DNA of 37,994 bases, taken from positions 1 through 37,994 of IMG/VR virus record IMGVR_UViG_3300031716_000028, one strand, 5' to 3'. Below, piece by piece: positions 1 to 8,451 of the stretch. How positions within the stretch are numbered: the first letter of the stretch is position 1; every line of letters starts with the position of its first letter. The translations under genes and the position numbers were made by a program. Source of the DNA: a virus (lineage: Duplodnaviria > Caudoviricetes). The notes under the pieces are model-generated. The model did no database searches, had not been told where the DNA came from, and was given only the letters and a program-made list of their open reading frames with translations.

Positions 1-127
1 GCGTTTAATAATTTTCTGGCAGGCAAAGAGAATCAGCCGGTGCTGTTCTTTGACCTCGACAACTTCAAGAAAATCAACGACGAGTTAAGCCACGATGTAG
101 GCGATCAGGTTATCAATGCAGTCGGGA
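1..127. repeat. Terminal direct repeat (127 bp), identical to 37868-37994; circular-assembly overlap
   Basis: GCGTTTAATAATTTTCTGG...GCAGTCGGGA occurs at both ends. The length of 127 equals a common assembler k-mer, and the repeat lies inside a continuous ORF. Confidence 0.95.
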
Positions 128-771
128 ATCTGGCCAGGGAAGTATCCGACGAGCTGGGTATCCCGGTTTTCCACAAGGGCGGGGACGAATTTCTGGGCGG
201 CGGGGCCGACTCCGAAGCATTGACAAATTTAGGTAAAGCCGTACAAAAGCGGCTTTCTAATGCTAATATTGAGGTAGAGCTGCCGGATGGCAGCCTTAAA
301 ACCATAAAAGAGGTTCGCCTCTCGTTCGGGGTATCCAGTGGCAAAACAGTCAAAGACAGCGTCAACGCAGCAGAAGCCGCCCTCATCGCCGACAAGCAAC
401 GTCGTAAGGCTGCCGGGCTCAGAACCGACCGACCTGATGAGCTTCCTGGCGGCCAACCCGGGCGCGAAAATCCGCAAAATCGAGTTCCCCAAGCTACCAC
501 AGTAGACCGGGTTCCACGTGAAACCCGCGACCCGGAGCTGATCGAACAGGGCATTGCCGAGTCTGATGCCCAGCTCAAGGCCGAGGTCGACGCCCTGCTG
601 CTGGAAAATCCCGAGCTGAAAGTCGCCGGCGAGCCGGTTGCCGATGAGGCCGGCGAGGTCGTTTCCAGTACGGTCACCGCTCGCCAGCTGCTCGAGGAGG
701 CCGACGCCGAACTGGCTGCGGCCGCCGAGTTTACGGCGTGCGTCGCCGGCACCACGGAGGCCGCCGCGTGA
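1..771 (+). CDS. 3' part of a 645-aa internal virion (ejection) protein with a GGDEF diguanylate-cyclase domain; gene starts at 36701 and crosses the junction
   Basis: Frame is open from base 1 and in frame with the ORF from 36701. Motifs DLDNFKKINDELSHDVGDQVI, HKGGDEF (GGDEF at nt 178-192), SFGVS and AEAALIADK. C-terminus ARQLLEEADAELAAAAEFTACV resembles epsilon15/BPP-1-type internal proteins. Confidence 0.9.
   Translation, partial: AFNNFLAGKENQPVLFFDLDNFKKINDELSHDVGDQVINAVGNLAREVSDELGIPVFHKGGDEFLGGGADSEALTNLGKAVQKRLSNANIEVELPDGSLKTIKEVRLSFGVSSGKTVKDSVNAAEAALIADKQRRKAAGLRTDRPDELPGGQPGRENPQNRVPQATTVDRVPRETRDPELIEQGIAESDAQLKAEVDALLLENPELKVAGEPVADEAGEVVSSTVTARQLLEEADAELAAAAEFTACVAGTTEAAA
511..525. 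promoter_or_regulatory. parS-like site (GTTCCACGTGAAACC), copy 1, inside a coding sequence
   Basis: Matches the 14-bp core of the bacterial chromosomal parS consensus TGTTNCACGTGAAACA. Identical 15-mer at 19771. Confidence 0.7.
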
Positions 772-3227
772 GCAGTATCCGCACCTGCATCAAGCAGAAA
801 ATAAAGACTAAAAAAATCACCCGCGAGGCGGGCCAGGAAATGCTGCGCCGGCTGGATGACCGCAAGGCCCAGCTCAAGGCCGCCGGGTATTCCGACGCGA
901 TCGCCGACGCCGCGGCCGCCAAAGAGCTGACCGAGGCCCTGACCCAGAAAGCCGAGCGTTCCCAGCGCCTTGTACGCCTGCGCATCCTCGCCACCGATCG
1001 GGCGCTTGCCGATATGGCGAAATTCAAAAGCCTCGCCGAGGGTTTAGAGGCGAAGCTGGCGCCGACCGACGGCCTCGGGTTCAACGTGCAAAAGGTCGAT
1101 AACGTCGACGTGCGCGAGGAGGGCCTGCGCCGCCTGATTCATTCCGAGTTCGCCGAGGGCATCCATGCCTTGAAGCCCGAGCGGCTGGGCCTTAAGCAGC
1201 CGCGCGCCCTGATCGAGAACGTCGTCCGGGTCCTCAAGGGCGAGCAGGTCGATGACGCCTTGGCGAAGACCGTCGCCGAATCCTTCAGCCGGGCGGCAGA
1301 GTTCGCCCGCGTGCTGTTCAATCAGGCGGGCGGCGCCATCCCCAAGGCCGAACGCTGGGGCCTGCCGCAAACGCACGATATGCTGAAAATCAAGGCGGTA
1401 TCCAAGGAGGAATACGTCGGGTACATGATGAGCGACGGCGTCCTCGATCGCGCGGCGATGGTCGACGAGCTGGGCGCACCGATCAGCGACGCCGACCTGC
1501 TGGATGCCTTGGATAAAATGTATGACCGGGTTACGACCGACGGCCTCGTCGACCTGGTTCCCGGTCAATCCGGCAGCAAGGCGTTCGCCAATCGTTTCAC
1601 CGATCACCGGTTTCTGCACTTCAAGAGCGCAGAGTCTTGGCTGTCGTATCAAAAGCGGTTCGGCTCCGACGACATCTATGGCACGATGGTCAACCACCTG
1701 AACACCATGGCCAAGAATATCGCAGCGATGCAGATACTCGGGCCGAACCCCGACCGCATGGTGCGCTGGCTGTCCGATGTCGCGAGGGCAGACGCCGCCG
1801 CCAAAGGTCAGAAGGTCCCGACGGTGCGCCTGCACAAAATACAGAATATGTGGGACAACTATTCCGGCCGCCTGAACTCGCCCGTGTCAGACGGGCTTTC
1901 GGCGTTTATGACGGGCACGCGCGAGACCCTGACTGCCATACAGCTCGGCTCTGCCGTGGTTTCAGCAGTGCCGACCGACCCCTTTTTCCAAGCCATGACG
2001 CGCCGCATGAACGGGCTGCCCGTGGTTAGTATGCTCAAAGATTACGTGCGCCTGCTGGCCAACAGCGGCGACCAGCAGCTTGCCGTGCAGGTCCTCGGCA
2101 TCGCCGAGAACTGGACGACGCAGGGCCTCGGTGTGCAGCGCCTATATGGCGAACTGAACGGCCCGCGCATTACTCGACTGCTGGCTGACGGCACCATGAA
2201 AGCCTCGGGCCTGTCGCAGCTGACGCAGGCCGGCCGGCAGGCGTTCGGGATGAGCGTCGCCGGGACCATGGCGCGCAACTTCGGCAAAGAGTTCGGCGCG
2301 ATCGACCCGACGTTCCGGGCCTTTATGCAGCGGTATGGCCTCGATGCTACCGACTGGAACATCATTCGCCGCACCAAGGCGGCTGAGTTCGAGACTTCAA
2401 CCGGGCACAAAGTACAGTTTGCCGACCCGCGCCAGCTTGCGCGCGAGGGTCACCTGCGCCAAGCAATCAAGATTCAGGAAATGATTGCCGGCGAGGGCAG
2501 GCTGTCGACCCCGTCGGTCGGCCTCGAAACGCGCGGCTTGCTGAATCAAGGCACCCGCCCGGGCACGCTGTTTGGCGAGGCCATGCGATCGGTGGCGCTC
2601 TATAAATCGTTCCCGGTGGAAATCATCAACACGCACCTGATGCGCTACGCCTCGATGGATGGCTGGCAGCGCGGCCGGTATTTCTCGACGTTTTTCCTCG
2701 GCTCGACGATCATGGGCGCGCTCGCCTATCAGGCGAAGCAAATCCTGGCGGGCAAGGACCCGATCACCATGGACCCGACGACCAAGGAAGGGATGAAATT
2801 CTGGGCGGCTGGCGCGGCTCAAGGTGGCGGTCTCGGGATCTTCGGCGACTTCTTTTTTTCCGATGCCAACCGCTTCGGCAAGGGCCCGCTGTCGACCTTT
2901 CTCGGCCCGGTGTTCGGCGCCGCGGAGGATGCGGTCAAGTACTCAATGGGGAACATCCAGCAGTTCATCGGCGGCGATGACACGAAATTCCTGGCGGAAT
3001 CTGTTCAGCTGCTCGGACGGTATACGCCCGTGCTTTCGTCGTTGTTTTACACTAAACTCGCTTACCAGCGCTGGTTCATTGACCAGCTCTCACTGATGGC
3101 GGACCCTGATGCACATGAACGGTTCCGTCGGATGGAGCGGCAAGCCAGAAAAGATTATGGGCAGCGGTATTTCTGGCGACCTGGCAAAGCGACACCGGAG
3201 CGAGCGCCCGATTTTAACGAGGAGTGA
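768..3227 (+). CDS. Large internal virion/DNA ejection protein (819 aa)
   Basis: GTG start overlaps the upstream TGA, with GGAGG at 756-760. Last of four large helical proteins between nozzle and tail fibre. Motifs WGLPQTHD, RFLHFKSAESWLSYQKRFG and QGGGLGIFGDF recall epsilon15/BPP-1-like core proteins. Confidence 0.75.
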   Translation: MSSIRTCIKQKIKTKKITREAGQEMLRRLDDRKAQLKAAGYSDAIADAAAAKELTEALTQKAERSQRLVRLRILATDRALADMAKFKSLAEGLEAKLAPTDGLGFNVQKVDNVDVREEGLRRLIHSEFAEGIHALKPERLGLKQPRALIENVVRVLKGEQVDDALAKTVAESFSRAAEFARVLFNQAGGAIPKAERWGLPQTHDMLKIKAVSKEEYVGYMMSDGVLDRAAMVDELGAPISDADLLDALDKMYDRVTTDGLVDLVPGQSGSKAFANRFTDHRFLHFKSAESWLSYQKRFGSDDIYGTMVNHLNTMAKNIAAMQILGPNPDRMVRWLSDVARADAAAKGQKVPTVRLHKIQNMWDNYSGRLNSPVSDGLSAFMTGTRETLTAIQLGSAVVSAVPTDPFFQAMTRRMNGLPVVSMLKDYVRLLANSGDQQLAVQVLGIAENWTTQGLGVQRLYGELNGPRITRLLADGTMKASGLSQLTQAGRQAFGMSVAGTMARNFGKEFGAIDPTFRAFMQRYGLDATDWNIIRRTKAAEFETSTGHKVQFADPRQLAREGHLRQAIKIQEMIAGEGRLSTPSVGLETRGLLNQGTRPGTLFGEAMRSVALYKSFPVEIINTHLMRYASMDGWQRGRYFSTFFLGSTIMGALAYQAKQILAGKDPITMDPTTKEGMKFWAAGAAQGGGLGIFGDFFFSDANRFGKGPLSTFLGPVFGAAEDAVKYSMGNIQQFIGGDDTKFLAESVQLLGRYTPVLSSLFYTKLAYQRWFIDQLSLMADPDAHERFRRMERQARKDYGQRYFWRPGKATPERAPDFNEE

Positions 3228-3230
3228 GCA

Positions 3231-4238
3231 ATGCCTGAATTATCCGATGTCGAGCCCCGAATCCAGTACACCGCCAACGGCGGCGAAACCGAGTTCGATT
3301 TCCCCTTTCTCGTTTACAGCGATGCCGAGGGCAGCAGCAGTCACTTGATTGTGATTCGCGTGCGCGACGGCGAGCCCGAGACCCTGGCAACCCCTGCCGA
3401 CTACAGCGTAGCCGACCTTGACGAGGAGGACGGCGGCACCATCACGCTCGAGGAGGCGGCCGAAGCGGACGATATTTATATCCTGTACCGCGAGGTTCCG
3501 ATCGAAACCTTTTTCAGTTTCGCGACCGCCGGCGACTACTTCGCCGAGGACGTGAACAAGCAGAACAACCTGATTCTGCAAATCCTGCAGCAGCTCGCCC
3601 TGGCAATCTCGCGCTCGGCCACCCTGCCCCCTGAGTCAACGCTCGAATCGCTTGCGCTGCCTTCGCCCGAGGCCCTGAAATTACTGCGCTGGAACTCGGA
3701 CGCCAGCGCGCTCGAAAACACCCCGTCACCGGATGCCGGCGATTTTACCGACCAGCTGGCCAAGGTATCGGCCAATGACACCAACGCCCGGTATCTGGCG
3801 CAAAAGCTAGTTGCCGGTAACAATGTTACCCTGACCGAATTGAATGATGGCGCTGACGAGACCCTGCGCATCGCCTTCGCTTCCAATCCGTTACTTGCCG
3901 GCTATACGGAAACGGTTGATCTTCATGGCTCCGCCGCCGTCGGCGCAACCGAGACAATAGACGCCTCGACCGCCAACGTGCACAAAATTATTTTGGATGT
4001 GAACTGCACCCTGACTTTTTCGGGTGCGCCGACGGCTGGCGTTAGTGCCGCGTTTACGCTTTTCGTGACGCAGGACTCAAGCGGTGGCAATACGATCACT
4101 TGGCCCGCATCGGTAGCGTGGGAAGGCGGCGTCGAGCCTCCTCAGACTACGACCGCAAACAAAACAGATATTTACACGTTTTCAACGCTGAACGCCGGCA
4201 CAACCTGGTATGGCTTCAATGCGGGGCGGAATTTTTAA
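3231..4238 (+). CDS. Tail fibre protein with T7 gp17-like N-terminal anchor domain
   Basis: N-terminus YTANGGETEFDFPF...DYSV...GGTITL...YREVP...LILQILQQL is typical of podoviral fibre anchors. C-terminus is beta-rich (TQDSSGGNTITWPASVAW...DIYTF). Confidence 0.8.
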   Translation: MPELSDVEPRIQYTANGGETEFDFPFLVYSDAEGSSSHLIVIRVRDGEPETLATPADYSVADLDEEDGGTITLEEAAEADDIYILYREVPIETFFSFATAGDYFAEDVNKQNNLILQILQQLALAISRSATLPPESTLESLALPSPEALKLLRWNSDASALENTPSPDAGDFTDQLAKVSANDTNARYLAQKLVAGNNVTLTELNDGADETLRIAFASNPLLAGYTETVDLHGSAAVGATETIDASTANVHKIILDVNCTLTFSGAPTAGVSAAFTLFVTQDSSGGNTITWPASVAWEGGVEPPQTTTANKTDIYTFSTLNAGTTWYGFNAGRNF

Positions 4239-5038
4239 TGATTTCTAATCGTCTACTTCGGAGTACTCTGGCGGGCAGCATGATTTATTCCGGCGTTAGC
4301 TTGTCGGTAGCGGCTCAGGATTCCGGCCCCAACGGGATATATTTCAAATTTGACGGTACAAAAATGTACGTTATTGGGACGCTAAATGCCAAAGTATACC
4401 AGTACAGTTTGAGCACGCCATGGGATCTTTCTACCGCTACTTACGATGGTGTTTCTTTTTCCATTGCATCGCAAAGTGTCGGCGGTTTTGCTGTGCATTT
4501 CAAAAAAGATGACGGCACGAAAATGTATGCCTTGGCGACCACCGCCAATAGGGTATATCAATACAGTTTAAGCACGCCGTGGGACATTTCTACAGCCACC
4601 TATGCGACTAAGAGTTTTTCTTTCGCTGGGCAGGATGCGGCCAAAGGAATGTTCTTTAAGTCAGACGGCAGCAAAGTGTATATGGTCGGCGACTTTGCAG
4701 ACTCTGTTTGGCAATATTCTCTTTCGTCACCCTGGGATATTTCAACCGCATCATACGACACGGTAACGGTCTCTGTTGCTGGGCAAGATACCGCGCCCAC
4801 GGGCCTTTATATCAATGACGACGGCGACGAATTGTATATTACGGGCGATAGCAGCAATTCGGTGCACAAGTATACGCTACCGACGCCATGGGTTTTAACA
4901 GGCATGACACTTGACTCCTCTGCCTCTGTGGCTTCACAGGATACAGCGCCGAGCGATTTATTTTTCAAATACGACTTGTCTAAAATGTACCTTGTCGGCA
5001 GCCAGCAAGATCGCATATTCCAGTATGCACTGAACTGA
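4238..5038 (+). CDS. Beta-propeller repeat protein, putative receptor-binding/tail-associated protein (266 aa)
   Basis: ATG overlaps the fibre stop (TAATG). About five ~50-aa repeats of F-x-x-DG(T/S)KMY...YQYSLSTPWD(L/I)STA. Visibly lower GC than the flanks. Confidence 0.7.
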   Translation: MISNRLLRSTLAGSMIYSGVSLSVAAQDSGPNGIYFKFDGTKMYVIGTLNAKVYQYSLSTPWDLSTATYDGVSFSIASQSVGGFAVHFKKDDGTKMYALATTANRVYQYSLSTPWDISTATYATKSFSFAGQDAAKGMFFKSDGSKVYMVGDFADSVWQYSLSSPWDISTASYDTVTVSVAGQDTAPTGLYINDDGDELYITGDSSNSVHKYTLPTPWVLTGMTLDSSASVASQDTAPSDLFFKYDLSKMYLVGSQQDRIFQYALN

Positions 5039-5052
5039 CGCTCACAGAGGGA

Positions 5053-5691
5053 ATGATGCAAACCAAGTTCCTGCCATCCTACTGCTACTCCGGACAGTCT
5101 CGCCCGATCAAGGGCCTGACCATTCACTTCATCAGCGCGATCAACGTCGAGCCCTCGAACCCGTTCGATGTGCAGGTAATTTATAACATGCTGTGTGACC
5201 TGAATCGCCCGAAATCCGAGCGCGAGTTTTACCCGAACTGTGCCGGCATCCCGCGCATGTACGCGAGCTATAACGAGCTGATCGGCCGCAACCCTGGCGA
5301 GGACCTGCTGCTGGTCCCGTACGGCAAAAAGGTCTATCACGCCGGCGTGTCGCTGCATAAAGGGCAGGCCAACGTGAACAACTTCATGCCCGGCATTGCC
5401 TTGGTCGGCACCGCCGAGTCCGGGTTCACCGACTGGCAATATGAGCGCCTCGCCGAAATCGACGCCACCCTGCGCCCTGTTCACCGCTACGCCGAGGACG
5501 ATGTCGTCGGCCATGATACGATTCGCCACCTTGCAAAATTGGCGGGCATGAGAGACCCCGCCACTGGTACGGAGCCCGATGATAAGCGCGACCCGAGCGG
5601 ACAGGCCGACGGGAAGGGCACAAATTTCGATTGGCTTCGATATCGAAGGATGGTGGCGCATGCCCTTGGACAACTTGCAACCCCTGGTTAA
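5053..5691 (+). CDS. Endolysin, N-acetylmuramoyl-L-alanine amidase (Amidase_2 family)
   Basis: Motifs TIHF, ASYN, VYHAGVS, GIALVG, FTDWQY, VVGHD and KRDPSG match the AmpD/T7-lysozyme zinc amidase pattern. Confidence 0.85.
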   Translation: MMQTKFLPSYCYSGQSRPIKGLTIHFISAINVEPSNPFDVQVIYNMLCDLNRPKSEREFYPNCAGIPRMYASYNELIGRNPGEDLLLVPYGKKVYHAGVSLHKGQANVNNFMPGIALVGTAESGFTDWQYERLAEIDATLRPVHRYAEDDVVGHDTIRHLAKLAGMRDPATGTEPDDKRDPSGQADGKGTNFDWLRYRRMVAHALGQLATPG

Positions 5692-5920
5692 CCTGGCCGG
5701 CAATGAAAACATCGCGATCAGCGTCCTTGCCTCAATGCTCTATATCTGCATCGGTGCCATCGTCGGCCTCTGCGGGTTTATCGTCCTTATCATCCGGTGG
5801 TTCCTGGCTCGGGAAAAGGAGGCTTGGCAGTATGTGGGCAAACATGCGGAAGCTCTTAAGGCGACCGAAAAAAATATCGCCATCATCGCCGACCGCGCGG
5901 AACGCCAAGGTCGACGTTAA
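5660..5920 (+). CDS. Small membrane protein, holin/antiholin candidate (86 aa)
   Basis: Overlaps the endolysin 3' end. Long hydrophobic segment IAISVLASMLYICIGAIVGLCGFIVLII followed by a charged tail. Confidence 0.55.
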   Translation: MPLDNLQPLVNLAGNENIAISVLASMLYICIGAIVGLCGFIVLIIRWFLAREKEAWQYVGKHAEALKATEKNIAIIADRAERQGRR

Positions 5921-6006
5921 ATCGATCCGGGCCGCGGCGGACGATACCCTGCTCAGTTACACCGACACGGTATTGAGCTGCAGCGAGCGCCTGCGGAACT
6001 GCTGAT

Positions 6007-7425
6007 ATGGCCGATAAAATCGAGGGTTATCGAGTCGGGGATGTGTCTGACGACCTGCGCGCATGGACCGAGCGCGTTGCCGAAATCCTGAACACCCTCA
6101 TCACCACCGACGACATCGCCGACGATGCCGTAACCTACGCCAAAATCCAGAACGCCGCCGCCCTGTCAGTCCTCGGGCGCGCGGCGAACTCAATCGGGGA
6201 TCTGGCGGACATCGTCGCCGCCTCGAATGACCTGCTGCTGCGCCGTACCAGCGACACCATAAACTTCGGCGCCCTGACCATCGGGATGGTCGCGAATTCC
6301 CTGCTGACTTACGCCAAGCTGCAGGACGCGACCGGCGTGTCGGTTCTGGGCCGGTCGGCCAATTCGGCCGGGGTCCTGGCCGACATCACCGCCGGCGCAA
6401 ATGACCGCCTGCTTGCCCGCACCGCCGACGCCCTGGCCTTCGTTCAGCTTACCCTCGGGATGGTCCCCGACACCCTGCTGACCTTTGCGAAGCTGCAGGA
6501 TGCCGATGCCGTCTCTGTGCTCGGCAGGTCGGCTAACACGGCCGGCGTGCTCGATGAAATCGCCGCCAGTGCAAACGATCAAATATTACGGCGCACCGGT
6601 AACGCCCTGAATTTCGGCGGTATCACGATCGGCATGATTGCCGACGCCCTGATTACCTATGCCAAGCTGCAAGACGGTGGCGCCTGCTCGCTGCTCGGAA
6701 GGTCGACCAACTCGAGCGGCGTGCTCGCGGACATTTCGGCCACCACCAACGACCGCCTGCTCGCCAGGGTCAGCAATGCCCTGAGCTTTGTGCAGCTCAC
6801 CGCCGGCATGGTGCCCAATTCGCTGATAACCCTCGCCATGATGGCGGACCTTGCGCAATCGACCATCATTGGCCGCGCATCCGGTGCCGGCAATGGCGTG
6901 CCTACTGCGCTCACCGCCTCGCAGGTTCTAACCATTCTTGGATTTAATTTGCCGGTCGAGGTTGCTCCCGTTACGCTGTCAGGTACTTCGACCGACCTCG
7001 CCACCGGCATACCCTCCTGGGCAAGCCATATTTTTGTTAGCCTGAATGGTGCCAGCACAAACGGGACTTCCAACATGATTATTCAGGTTGGAACCGCTGG
7101 AGGATACGTAACGACCGGCTATGATGGCGGATGCTCTCGCGCGGTCGATGCCGGGGCGGTTTCCGCTACCGCAAATTCGAACGGCTTTCGAGTCACAGAC
7201 ACCAACACGGCCGCCTCTATAACAAAAGGAGTTTTGCATCTACGATTGCATGACCGTACGAATAATATATGGGTCGCGAGCGGCGTTTTCGGTAGAGAGG
7301 CCGCCAGCTATCAGGCGATGGGAAGCATCGCTCTGTCGGGCGCTTTGACTCAGGTGCGGTGGACTACGGCGGGTGGCACTGAATCAGCGGATGCAGGAAC
7401 CGGAGCTATTAAATATTTACAATAA
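6007..7425 (+). CDS. Second tail fibre-like protein with 58-aa tandem repeats
   Basis: Repeats TYAKLQD...SVLGR at 174-bp spacing. C-terminal beta domain GIPSWASHIFVSLNGASTNGTS resembles phage fibre tips. Confidence 0.75.
   Translation: MADKIEGYRVGDVSDDLRAWTERVAEILNTLITTDDIADDAVTYAKIQNAAALSVLGRAANSIGDLADIVAASNDLLLRRTSDTINFGALTIGMVANSLLTYAKLQDATGVSVLGRSANSAGVLADITAGANDRLLARTADALAFVQLTLGMVPDTLLTFAKLQDADAVSVLGRSANTAGVLDEIAASANDQILRRTGNALNFGGITIGMIADALITYAKLQDGGACSLLGRSTNSSGVLADISATTNDRLLARVSNALSFVQLTAGMVPNSLITLAMMADLAQSTIIGRASGAGNGVPTALTASQVLTILGFNLPVEVAPVTLSGTSTDLATGIPSWASHIFVSLNGASTNGTSNMIIQVGTAGGYVTTGYDGGCSRAVDAGAVSATANSNGFRVTDTNTAASITKGVLHLRLHDRTNNIWVASGVFGREAASYQAMGSIALSGALTQVRWTTAGGTESADAGTGAIKYLQ
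6133..6900 (+). repeat. Intragenic 174-bp (58-aa) tandem repeat, 4 copies plus a degenerate fifth
   Basis: Unit starts at 6133, 6307, 6481, 6655 and 6829. Confidence 0.9.
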
Positions 7426-7435
7426 CGGGTGAAGT

Positions 7436-7705
7436 ATGAGCGCACGGCCATTTAAAACAGTTCTGAATGATAAAGGCGAGCAGGTTCGTGTCGATCTGAC
7501 CGATGCCGAAATCGCCGATGCACAGCAGCGCACGGCAGCGGAAAATGCTGAACGCGCTGTCCGAGATTTAGCGATTGCCAGGGCAACAGCATTGCAGCAA
7601 TTCCTGATAAAGTTGGCAGCTCACCAAGCCGACGCGCCACAGATTTTGAAAGACTGGGCGGCAGAATTGGAACAACAAAAAGCAGCGGGAACGCTTCGCG
7701 CATAG
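7436..7705 (+). CDS. Small helical protein, possible tail fibre assembly chaperone
   Basis: Directly follows the fibre gene; RVDLTDAEIA motif followed by a helical segment. The function is inferred from position. Confidence 0.45.
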   Translation: MSARPFKTVLNDKGEQVRVDLTDAEIADAQQRTAAENAERAVRDLAIARATALQQFLIKLAAHQADAPQILKDWAAELEQQKAAGTLRA

Positions 7706-7713
7706 GGGGATTT

Positions 7714-8106
7714 ATGGGGATTTTTAAAATGCTTTTCGGCTCGCCCGAGGTTGCTGTCAAAACCGCCGGCACACTGGCGAAGGGCGTTGACTCGCTCATC
7801 TACACCGACGAAGAAAAGGCCGATGCGCGCGCCAAGGCCATGGACTGGCTCGGCAAATACATGGAAGCAACGCAGGGCCAGAACATAGCCCGCCGGCTGA
7901 TCGCCGTGCTGGTGGTCATTGAGTGGCTGCTGCTGATAAATCTCGGGGTGGCGCTTCGCCTTTTTAGCTGGCTGGACGAGAGCGAGTATGTGTTCAACGT
8001 GCTCGACAACCTGGTCAAGGAACCATTTATGCTCATCATCGGCTTCTACTTCCTGGCGCGCATCATCCCCGCCGCGTTCGGGAATAAGGAACCGCCCAAG
8101 AAATAA
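7714..8106 (+). CDS. Holin candidate (GTA/3TM-holin-like)
   Basis: VDSLIYTDEEK motif followed by RRLIA and two hydrophobic segments. Last gene of the late operon. Confidence 0.6.
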   Translation: MGIFKMLFGSPEVAVKTAGTLAKGVDSLIYTDEEKADARAKAMDWLGKYMEATQGQNIARRLIAVLVVIEWLLLINLGVALRLFSWLDESEYVFNVLDNLVKEPFMLIIGFYFLARIIPAAFGNKEPPKK

Positions 8107-8136
8107 AAAAGCCCGCCGGGACTGAAGCGGCGGGCT
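8105..8136 (-). terminator. Intrinsic terminator between convergent operons (U-tract on minus strand, possibly bidirectional)
   Basis: Stem AGCCCGCCG (8110-8118)/CGGCGGGCT (8128-8136) with an A6 tract at 8105-8110. Confidence 0.8.
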
Positions 8137-8145
8137 CTGACTATT

Positions 8146-8262
8146 CCCTCGATTTACTTCTACCTCGCCGGGTTTCCCCGGCGCTCGGGTCGTATTGATT
8201 TACCGCTAGGCCATCATGCTCCCGCGTCACACGGGCCGGCGAACCTAGCTCAACATCGAGGG
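8146..8262 (-). ncRNA. Candidate structured non-coding RNA (~120 nt, multi-stem)
   Basis: Closing stem CCCUCGAU/AUCGAGGG, inner stem GCUAGG/CCUAGC carrying a CCCGU/GCGGG hairpin, and hairpin CGCCGGG-GAAA-CCCGGCG. No ORF; lies just upstream of the terminator. Confidence 0.5.
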
Positions 8263-8268
8263 CGTTTC

Positions 8269-8448
8269 TTAGCCGTGGCTGCCATCCCTGTATTCACGCA
8301 CACGGGGCACGTCGGGGAAATGTATCAAAAACCCGACCGCGCCAGGTCCCGAGGCCGGCTCTGTATTCAATGCGCGATACGACGAAACCAGAAAAACTGT
8401 GAGCAGCAGCCAGACCAATACCTCAATCACTATAGCAGTCTTACGCAT
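8269..8448 (-). CDS. Small membrane protein (59 aa; not in ORF track)
   Basis: MRKTAIVIEVLVWLLLTVFLVSSYRAL...; GAGGAG ribosome-binding site at the end of recT. Confidence 0.6.
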   Translation of the reverse strand: MRKTAIVIEVLVWLLLTVFLVSSYRALNTEPASGPGAVGFLIHFPDVPRVREYRDGSHG

Positions 8449-8451
8449 ACA

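Noticed and set aside
1-127. 127-bp terminal repeat as a biological direct terminal repeat
   Set aside because: The length equals a standard assembler k-mer and it falls inside a gene, so it indicates circular assembly and not the packaged genome ends.
40-771. Stand-alone 243-aa diguanylate cyclase, or host gene flanking a prophage
   Set aside because: The frame is open upstream through the junction to ATG 36701, and the gene is coupled to virion genes on both sides.
5832-6005. Extra small ORF or frameshift extension of the holin candidate at the A8 run
   Set aside because: The open frame is +1 relative to the holin, so a -1 slip would not join them; no ribosome-binding site or motif supports it.
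6133-6900. CRISPR array or diversity-generating retroelement repeats
   Set aside because: Repeats are in-frame, degenerate protein repeats without spacers. No reverse transcriptase or adenine-specific template/variable repeat pair was seen, despite the BPP-1-like structural genes.
8146-8262. tRNA or c-di-GMP riboswitch
   Set aside because: No T-loop/anticodon cloverleaf geometry and no GEMM consensus seen; kept only as an unassigned structured RNA.
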